DNA of 64,000 nt from Macrostomum lignano (Eukaryota): assembly GCA_002269645.1 (NCBI GenBank), contig NIVC01000335.1, forward strand, positions 91,014 to 155,013. The letters run 5' to 3'. The position numbers and the translations under genes are program-made. Under the pieces are notes generated by a model that was not told where the DNA came from, made no database searches, and saw only the letters and a list, made by a program, of their open reading frames with translations. Below are positions 54,484-64,000 of the stretch, piece by piece. Numbering within the stretch: position 1 is the first letter of the stretch; every line of letters starts with the position of its first letter.

Positions 54484-55152
54484 TTCGCTTGTACGAGCGT
54501 ATGCATTCAAGCATCTCTTTAAATATGTTTACTGCTCGTTATTCGCTCGTAAGGTATTTTATCTCAAAATGTTCTATTACTTTAAGCTCTCTATTTTTCG
54601 TTTTTCATTCTTTAAATTTTTCTAAACCATATGGATCTTACAGGCTTTCCTAGGATTCGCACAAAATTATTGTGCAAAGTACGAGACATATAGGGAAAAG
54701 AAGCTGTTTAAACTGCTGAGTCCAGAGTAAAGTGATTCACTATATAATACTAGCGTATATGTGGTTTCTTAAAGAAGTCAAAACAAGACTTCGGCCCCAT
54801 AAGGGGTTATCGATCGATCAGAAGTGGCGGGCGGTAGAAAATGAGGGGTCGGTGGGGCTAGAGTGGCCAACTAGAAAATCGATAACCGTCCATCCACCCC
54901 AGACAGGCGATCGAGAAGAAGAGGGGGTGTGCTACCGGGGTAAGTGTGAAGATTCAGGGCCGACAAAAATCTATAAAAAAACACCTAGACAAAGCAATCG
55001 ATAAAAAGCACAAACACCCTTACCTTTAGAAGAGGGGAGAAAGCAGGCAGGCATCAGTTCCATAAAACAAAGTTTATGATGAAATCGACAGATACTCTAA
55101 TGCTTACTTAACTTCAATAAATTTGATTGTATACTAGTTAGGTCGAAGTGCA

Positions 55153-55225
55153 GTCCGGAAAAATTGCCAACGAGGAGCGAAGCGAGCGAAGCGAGCGTAG
55201 CTCCTCGTTGGCAATTTTTTCGGAC
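55153..55225. other. Long palindrome/hairpin, possible terminus of a rolling-circle element
   Basis: 20-bp perfect arms AAAAATTGCCAACGAGGAGC (55159-55178) and 55200-55219, extended by GTCCG/CGGAC. The loop contains (GCGAAGCGA)2. Confidence 0.6.
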
Positions 55226-55384
55226 AAACGAGACCGAGATAAGATGTCCCGGAGACTCCCCCAACGTAAAATCAACGTTTTAGAAAATAAAATTGATGCA
55301 GAGTTAAAACCACTTGAGATGAAACCATGTGTGACCCCTCTATGGACGTAAAACATTTAGGGCTACAAGATGTGTGACGTGAAA

Positions 55385-55419
55385 GTTCCATAGCAACGCG
55401 TCTTGGTTGCCATGGCAAC
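55385..55419. promoter_or_regulatory. Two X-box (RFX)-like motifs
   Basis: GTTCCATAGCAAC (55385-55397) and the perfect palindrome GTTGCCATGGCAAC (55406-55419). Function untested. Confidence 0.4.
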
Positions 55420-55638
55420 AAAAAAGTGACTTTTTTTAGACCCGTCCAAATCTTGAATCTCAAAAAATAAGGATTCACAATATGGAGTCAAAAATTGATT
55501 GAACCCAACTTTTGGCGAATTTTCAGACCTTCAAGACACTGATTGGTTATTTTCCGCTAAATGCTTACCTTGATAGGTAATTCTGTAAAAGTGTGTTTTT
55601 TAAGTGTCAAAAAATGCGCATTTTTATCAACTTTCAAC

Positions 55639-55686
55639 TGACGCAGCTCAAAGGTCGCGCGTCAGCGCGACCTTTGAGCTGCGTCA
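55639..55686. other. Perfect 22-bp stem, 4-nt loop hairpin
   Basis: TGACGCAGCTCAAAGGTCGCGC-gtca-GCGCGACCTTTGAGCTGCGTCA. Confidence 0.85.
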
Positions 55687-56239
55687 TTCTAACAATGGCA
55701 CCTGGGACTCTTACATGACGCACGACTTTAACCAAGATACTCACTTTAACTGTACATTCGCACCTGTTAATTACATTCGAATATTCGACGGGTAGGTATT
55801 CGAACCGAAATAAAGGAAATTCAACCTTGTTGCGAGACTCTAAAAAGTACATGAATGCGGTCATTTAGGTAAGATCTACATGTTTATAATACATTTTGAG
55901 CCGTTTCGTTGCACTGACTCTGAGCCATACACTGCTAAAGTCGATAAACGTGATTTAGGCTATTTTTATGTATTTTTCATGATACAAATGTACAAAAAAT
56001 AAGAAACGACGACATGCTAGGAAAATCAGACTTTTTAGGCAAGGTGCACAACTAAATTGCGCACAATATGTATATTTTGAAATTTCGTCTTAGTTTATTG
56101 AAGTCGCTGCCGGTACAGAAATGTACTTTAACGACGGTACGGGGGCTTGCATATCGAACATACTTTTTAGCCTGTAACTTTTGAGCGGATTACCGGAGCG
56201 CGACGCGCTTGGTGTCATTGAACTACATTTTAGATGTAC

Positions 56240-57299
56240 TTTAATTTGAATGTATGTTCGCTGTCATTGCACGATGCGTTGTACACCTCAGGTCAGGTCA
56301 CGTGACTTGCTGGAAATGAAATAATGACTTTGTACCTATACTAAGGATAGGTGAAGCGTAAGAATGAACCAAAATTTGTACTTATTAGAAACACCTAGAT
56401 GACTACTGTCAGAAAAAATGATATTCACGTCTGTCAGTTGCAAAATTTTGTTATAATTGACTTTTAAAATCGAAAAACGTGATTTTGTGCAAAAACAACC
56501 TATATGAGCACACATAGGGTGAAAAATTTATTGATTTTCGCTATGAGGTTCTTAGCTTCCAAGAGCACTATTGTGCCCAGTAAACACGTACAGATGACTG
56601 CTATCTTCGTTAGTGTGCGAAAATTCGTATTTTTACGCTAATAACATTTACCGAATTACGAGGTTCCGGTGTTATGCGTTTTTTTGCTATATTTCACGCT
56701 GCCATTTATTAACGATGCTACGCCAGGCCTTCAGTGTGGTGTCAATAGTTAGCATTTAAAAAGTGCTTTAATTTGAGTGTATGTTCGCTGGCATTGCACG
56801 ATGCGTTGTACACCTCAGGCCAGGTCACGTGACTTGCTGGAAATGAAATAATGACTTTGTACCTATACTAAGGATAGGTGAAGCATAAGAATGACCCATA
56901 TTAGTACTTATTAGAAACATCTAGATGAATACTCTCAGAAAAAGTGACATTCACGTCTGTCAGTTGCAAAAAAAATTTTTAATTGACTCTCAAAATCGAA
57001 AAACGTGATTTTGTGCAAAAACAACCCATTTGAGCACTACATAGGGCGGAAAATATATTAATTTTCGCTATGAGGTTCTTAGCTTCCAAGAGCACTATTG
57101 TGCCCAGTAAACACGTACAGATGACTGCCATCTTCGTTAGTGTGCGAAAATTCGTATTTTGACGCTATTAACATTTTACCGAATTACGAGGTTCCGGTAC
57201 TATGCGTTTTTTTGCTATATTTCACGCTGCCATTTATTAACTATCCTACGCCAGGCCTTCAGTGTAGTGTCAATAAATAGCATTTAGCAAGTGCTTTAA
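56240..57299. repeat. Two tandem ~527-bp diverged copies
   Basis: TTTAATTTGA(A/G)TGTATGTTCGCTG... begins at 56240 and again at 56767. The copies are colinear along their length with scattered substitutions. Confidence 0.9.
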
Positions 57300-58792
57300 G
57301 ATGACATCATGCGCATTGCGTTGCGTAAAAGTGTGGGTCCACAGTTTCGTAACAAGTTAAAATGACCTGATTTCGCAAAAATCTTTAAAACAAAAAATAC
57401 CAAATAGGTAACTAAAAAGCCTTTTGAAACTGAATAAAAAATGCACATAAAAGTGCTATTTTGTAACGTAAAAAGTCTTGCGTCCTGCAAAAATCTTCTA
57501 TGGTGACTTTTTGGAGCCGTGAAGTGTAAAAACGTGCGCATTTTTAAAGCTGTTGAACTTACTTTTTGAGGTATATTTTGAAAATAGGCATTTTATAAAT
57601 TGTATAACAAAATTTAATTGAAGAAAGCAATAAGGTAAAATAGAATTCGAAATTATTTAATTTTGAAATAATTAAACTGTACATTTCAGTCGTTCTGTTC
57701 CTTATAATTTCTACAAAAATTTAAATTTAAATCGGTTATGTTAACAGTAGTTTATTGCTGTAGGACAAATTTGACCCCAAATTTTCAAAGCAACTTATCT
57801 AAGCAAACGCTATCTAAATCTGAAATATTTTCAAGCTTCAATCTGTAGCTATAATATTCGGTTTTGTTACGCTATTTATTCGTATCCTACTACATTATAT
57901 ATAATTATTGTACAATATATTATATTCTACAAGTACAAGTTTTAATTGTAATATATTCAATTGTTATCAGTTTTACACTGTAAGTGTAAGCTTCAAATTT
58001 TATTTGAAATATAACTGAAGTATAGTACTTTAATATTATTTTATAGCTAATTAATTGTATTCTGCCAAATATTTACGTTTTTTTTCTCTGCTTTGCTTTT
58101 TGCTCCATATTTTTATAAATTATAGTCATATTTACATATATCTTTTAAAAGTACTCATCCTTTCACATTTTATTTTGTAGTTATCAGTCAAATTTAACTT
58201 GAATTTTCCTTTTGTTTGCATAATTTTGACTTAAGACTTTAGTTTTGAAGTAAGTATTCTTTTTATTTCTTCATATGTTTAGCATAGTACAAATATCTGT
58301 AGTACTCTGCTTAATGGTAGAAGTTTGTGGACACTTTTTATAAATTCTGCTCAATTTATTATAAATTTAGCATTTTTGCTAGACAATATATACATGCCAA
58401 TGCTCCTTATATCAAGCAATGCTTGAAAGTGCTAGACACTTAGTTTATGGTGAATTTTTACCAAGGGATGTTTTTTTGCTGATATAGAATTCCTAGAAGC
58501 ATGTACAAAAACATGGAATATGCCTGAAAAAACTCTAGAAAATATGCACTAAATCCAAGAAAAAATGTTGAAAGCACAAAAACTACATGGCACACACCGC
58601 CTATATGCCAGTATATTATGCTGCAGCATATTAATCCACAATCCAGTAGCAGTGCTAGTGTTCGTAGTTTAACTAAATTTGCCACCAGAAAAGAGTTGAG
58701 TTAACTTGGTAAAGAGTAGCATGTTTTCTGTGTTTAGCTAATTAGTTTCTTTATCATTCTGAAATATTTACTAACATGTTTATTTAGACAGG

Positions 58793-61700
58793 ATGGGCAA
58801 CGACAAAAACAGCATCAAGGACAACACTAGCATTAACAAGGATACAAGTGCTTCTTCTGTTGCTGCCAATAGTAAGTTTTGTACATTTGTTGCAACTTGC
58901 AGGTGATAGGTGCTACTTTCAGGAATAGTTTCAAAGCAATCCTACCTTTATTATTAATATTCACACCTTAGGAAACCAGCTTTTACTAGCATTCTTGGCT
59001 GCCCATTTGGGCAACAGACAAACTAAAAAGTTCCTGCACTACACAATTTATTTACCAAACAATAAATCTCAATTGTTCACACTATAACTCACACTGAATA
59101 GTTCACAGGTAATTCTGTAAAAAAGTGTTTTTCAGATGTCTAAAAATGTGAATTTTTCAAACTCTTAACTGACGCAGCTCAAATCAATAGTTCACACTCA
59201 ATAGTTTAGATTGAATAGTTTCGCCTGAATAGTTTTGACAGACAGAATAATTTCAACTGAATAGTTACAACTGAATAGTTTAGACTTAATAATCTTGACT
59301 GAGTAGTTTTGACTGAATAGTGTGAACTCAATAGTTTCGACTGAGTAGTTTCGACTGAATAGTTTCGACAAAGGGAATAAATTCAATTGGAATCTGACCT
59401 TGTTTGACAGATCATTAAAATAATTATAGAAACTCTATTTTCGAATGTTTAACACCCTTAGAATTTGAGCAGATTTAAGAAATTTTGACCACTGTATAAT
59501 CAGTGCAAAATCTGCAATAGTTTAGAAAAAACGCTATCAAAATTGATCAAGAATGGCACGCTCTAGAGCGAAATAGATGGACAGACATATATATATATAT
59601 ATATATAGGTAGATTTATAAATTTCTTTTTTACTGTGACTTTAAACAGGTGCGAAAAAGTGCGGACGGCCGAAGAAGAAAAACTGGAGCCGCTCCAAGAA
59701 TAATATTAAAGTTGCTGCTGTCGGTGATTTAACTGCTGGCGAAGAACAGATTCAAGAGCCAGATGTACAACCGGAAGCTGCTGCTGCCTCTTCTATTGCC
59801 GCTGCTGGGACTAAAGCTGGTGCTTCTGCTGATGCTGCTGCTAAAACTGAGTCTGTGATTAAGCTGGACGAGGCTGGTCTGGCTGCCCTGCTAGCTGAAC
59901 ATGATGCTGCTCTGGCCGACGCTCTGGCTGCTTCGGAATACCCCGTGGTCGAAGGTGATGCTGAAGTGCCCAATTCTGGTGCTGCTTACAATGAGCAACT
60001 TATAGGCTACTTGAGTGCTGGTGAGAGTTTTATTTTTTATTGAATTTCTATGCATAGTACAAGTTAATTTTCTTTCTTACATCTGACTTTGCTTGCGAAT
60101 ATTGAAAATTAGATTTTAGTGTTTACGACTTGTGCAAAATACAATTAATGCTCAATTCCTTAAAATTATCATACCTCACTGTTTAAGAGTTGTATTCTTT
60201 TACAGATGAAACAGGTGCTACTGCAATGGATTTTGCCGAAGGTCATGTAACTGCTGCTGTACAAGTCCAACCTGTATGGGTTCCTTTTTCTTCGTGTCGC
60301 GTTGAGAATGTACGAGGTGACGGCAACTGTTTTTTCACGGCCATATTGAGACAATTACAAGAACTGCCAGGTTTTTCCGCCTATCAATCGCTAAGCGTAG
60401 AAGATTTTCGAGATGCGGTTGCTGCAGAATTCGAGCAATGGGTGCATCGCGATGTCAATAATCAGGAAAGAATTATGCAAACAGGACTGAATTGGGAAAA
60501 AGTGCGCGACGATACAAGGCGTCCCCGTATGTACGTGCCATGCGGAGTTCCAGAACTAATTGGTGAACTGTTGCGGCTAGAAGTGTTTATTTATCAGTCA
60601 AACATGCTTAATCTAGCGCGGCCTGGCCATTATTCCCGACCGAATATTGGAGAACGTTTGGCTACTATTCGATTGTTGTTTAATCCTGGTAGTCAACACT
60701 ACGAAATCGTTCGTGTCAATGATTTGGAAGTTAATGAAGCAAGCTCAGTTCGGCCGACTGGCCAAGGAGATTTGAGCGCCAAGAATGTGGAAATGCCCCT
60801 CTCAACGAGAATGTTCATGTTGTCGAAGATCCTGTTGTAATGATGCCACCTCCAGCTCCACCAATGACGCCTTTTGAAAAGGTTGCAGACTGGACCCGAG
60901 TTCAAAGTAGGCATTGGAAGGGACGTTGTAGAAATCAAGCAAAGTCCTTGGAAAATAATACGAGTTTGTTTGCGCATCCGAATTCATATGAAGTGCTTCG
61001 GATCGGAACAACTCTGTCTGGAATTGGAATGTCGATCTTGACGCGGAGGATAGCGCAGAGTCAGTTGAAATTGAGCATGTGTCAGAGTCAGTTAAAAGTG
61101 ATCGTGTGTCAGAGTCCGTGCCATCAAATGTTCCGCGGCGCAGTCGGCGTAAAAAGGATGTTGGGAAGGCAAGTTGCGCTACGCGTCGGAGTAGTCGACT
61201 GAGCGCTAAAGCAAACACATTAGAGTCTGTGTCTGTTGCAGCCTCTAGTGTATCTGGTCAGAGCTTATTGAGAAGAAGCAGTCGCACTCGGAGAGCACCA
61301 TGTTGCAGTTGCATCGGTTGTGGCGACTCAGTTTCGGCGGTTTCAAGCGTTTCTTGCCATTTGGAAAAAGGAAGAGGTCGAGAAAAGAAGAGCGACGTTG
61401 TACCAAGTGCTCCTACTCGTCGCAGCGAGCGTTTGAAAAACCAGCAGCAAGTGGTCAACTATGCAAATTCTTTACCACGGAAACAGAGATTGACAAACGC
61501 AGAAAATCATATCTGCGAACCCGTTCGATCGTCGCCTAGGAAGACGGCACCTTTGCAGCAGGAGCAGCAAGATAAACGTCAGTCTGATAATATTCCAGCT
61601 ACTTCTACGTATTCATCACCACGAAAGACACGTGCTACTCAGGAGAAGCCTGATGAAGCGATCCGTTCGTCACCCAGAAAGCGGCCTACAATGGAGCAGC

Positions 61701-64000
61701 AGCCAGCTAAAGAAAATGTTCCGCAGAGCAGCACTTCAGAAGAGAGCGCTCAAGATGCTCCAATTGTTGAAGATGAAATCGGAGATCCTAATCTGCCAAA
61801 GTGCCTTCGCAATCCGTTCACAGACCAGTTCAAAAAGATGAGGCAAGACTTTTTCAATGAAAACATAACAAAAGTATCACATTTGAAACAGTGCTACGTG
61901 TGTAGGGAAAAGTTTCCTGGAAAATATTTTAGCATCGATTCTGAAGACATGTGCGATCGTTGTTTCAGAGATGACAATGAGCCGAAATCGTTTAGCCAAG
62001 AAAACAATGCGATTCCGATGTTGGAGCAGCCAGAAGATTTGCAAGATTTGAGTGTAGCAGAGCAAATGTTGATTTCGCCAGTTTTGTCGGTTATTGTTGT
62101 GGTACAAATTTTTCCCAAAAGCAAACAAAATCGAGAGGACACGGAATCATGTTGCCTCAAGATCAGTCGCACGTTTTGCGAGAGCTGCCAAGACGATCTC
62201 TGCAGTTGTTTTAATGTACGACGAAAGAGCCCGTGTTCAGCCTGGAGAAGCGCAAAGCGGCACAATGAACAATTTGCGAGTTCGACGCGACAAAGTGACT
62301 AATGCGATGCGCTATTTAATGGCAAACAACAAGTACTTTAGACAGTATCAGGTTTCAATGAATAATGATGCGTTGCTACATCTGCCTGAAGATGGTTATG
62401 CTCATCAAGTAGAAGGTATGATTGTCGAAATGCAGTCTGACAATGAAGTGAATTTCGAGGCGGCACAGCAAGAAGGCGGCTCAGCCAGAGCTGAGCGATT
62501 GCAGCAACAAGTAGAAAAAAATGCGGACGAGACGAACGAGCTCGAGGAAACAATTAGTTCGCTGTTGGAGACTCCTTTGCGTCGATTGGAATCGGCAGTA
62601 CGAGACAAATTTTTGAGTGAAAAATTGAAATGGCCAGCAAGAAGCAACGAGCCGGTAAACGAATTTCAGGATGAAGGATATTTTACATTGGCTTATCCTC
62701 ATCTCTTTCCGGATGGAGCAGGAGATTATAGTACGCCACGTAATTTTGGACTAAGTTTGGGCGACTATGCAAAGCATTTGATGCAATTCCGGTGTCCAAG
62801 ATTTCGTACCGATTTGCGGTTTAAATTTTACATTGAAAATATGGTGATGCGTTGGAGGGCGCTGGAAGTTGGTCGCGTGTTTGTACACGACAACAAGTAT
62901 GCTGGATTAAGTGCCAAGGAAATGATTGAAGCACTAAATGACCCGGCAGTATTGGCTAGCGTGTCAGTTCGAGCATCAGATTTGCGAGGCACAAGCGCTT
63001 ATTGGCAGAGTAAAGGACGGCAATTGGAAGCCATGATTCGAACGCTTGGTGTTCCTCATTTTTTCGTGACACTATCGGCAGCAGATGTACATTGGCCAGA
63101 GTTGCAGCATGCCTGGGGAATCGATGCAGAGCAATATGAAAGCAATGTAGAACTAAGAGCAGAAATGTTGTCAAAGTTGCAAAAAGATCCGGAATGGCAG
63201 ACACTGTGTTTTGGTTGCGATTTGAAACATGTTTGAAACGTTTTTTGGTCGAGCACTGGAAAGTAAACGATTATTGGTTTCGCATAGAATATCAGAGTCC
63301 GGAAGTCCACACGTTCACGGTTGCATTTGGATGCCAGATGGTGTTGATGTGACATCGAATACATTGAATGCAGAAGAATTGACGAGCTTTTGTTGACAAG
63401 TACATCTGTAGTTGGAATTTGGCCATGGGACGAATCGGATTATGGAAATCAAGTTTTGAATGGCAGTTTAGCAGGTCAAGGTCATCCAGCTCAACTGAAA
63501 CCGGAAGAGATTGAAAATGACAAGCAAGATTTGCAGTAATTTCGCATTTGACAGAGAGGCACACTATTTGCAGTAAAAAGTGCTTGCGAACAGTAAAAGG
63601 CAACACAAGAGTGCGATTCAAGTATCGCGCGAGCCGCAGGAAAAGACTGTTGCAAAGCGAGTATCCCGTTTAAATTGGCAAGTTGAGACGCAGGCAACGA
63701 CGAGCGAATGATTTCTCACAGTCCGCAGTTGCTGTGCATGTGGAGAGCCAATGTCGATGTTCAAATGATTTCGTCCGTGAAGAATTTGATTCGCTATTTG
63801 ATCAAGTATGCCGACAAAAGCGAAAAGGAGTCGGATTATATGGCGGAGCTGACAAAGCGTCTTCATAAGGAGTTGGAAGATAATGCAGAACAGAATGCCG
63901 ATAACAATTTCAGCGAGCAACACTGCAAGGCGTGTTGTACAACAAACACTTGATGGCGCAAGTTAGCGCGTGATTATTCGGCGCAAGAGGCAATGCATTT
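58793..64000 (+). mobile_element. Helitron-family (Rep/Hel) element with N-terminal AT-hook-like and OTU modules; frameshifted and truncated by the window end
   Basis: Spliced exons 58793-58871, 59649-60020 and 60206 onward (phase 1/1). KKCGRPKK; OTU VRGDGNCFF...QHYE. Then CxxC...CxxC...FSQENN...P..L..LSVAEQMLIS, VRRDKV...LPEDG, NEF...YPHLFPDGAGD, FFVTLSAADVHW (RCR motif 1), YWFRIEYQ..GSPHVHGCIW (motif 2, HUH) and RYLIKYADK (motif 3). The helicase would lie beyond 64000. Confidence 0.9.
60206..60840 (+). CDS. OTU-like cysteine protease (deubiquitinase-fold) domain carried by the Helitron
   Basis: GDGNC catalytic Cys box (GGT 60316, TGT 60328) and His box LLFNPGSQHYE near 60690, in one open frame. 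Confidence 0.8.

Overview
Eukaryotic (metazoan) genomic DNA: short GC-rich exons sit among AT-rich spacers and more than 20 unrelated minisatellite arrays. This architecture resembles flatworm assemblies such as Macrostomum, which is an inference only. Host genes rebuilt by hand from GT-AG junctions and reading phase: an ABHD8-like alpha/beta hydrolase (+), a C-type-lectin-domain membrane protein (+) whose intron holds a Gypsy/Mag LTR element, a 109-aa stand-alone CS-domain protein (-), ISCA2 (-), a CAMTA-like factor with a degenerate CG-1 domain (-) and WDR93 (+, 9 coding exons). WDR93 intron 3 holds an antisense GH47 mannosidase-like gene that has lost most catalytic and Ca-binding acidic residues, plus a sense intronless Arg/Ser-rich ORF. 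Mobile DNA: two MITEs with 8-bp TSDs, a 5'-inverted (twin-primed) non-LTR retrotransposon fragment, a Gypsy/Mag element with near-identical LTRs, a tRNA-derived CORE-type SINE, and a Helitron-family element with spliced AT-hook and OTU exons ahead of the Rep domain, running off the right edge. Several genes show isolated 1-bp frameshifts, which may be long-read assembly errors. No CRISPR, rRNA or true tRNA gene is supported. Family assignments come from recalled motifs; no database search was run.
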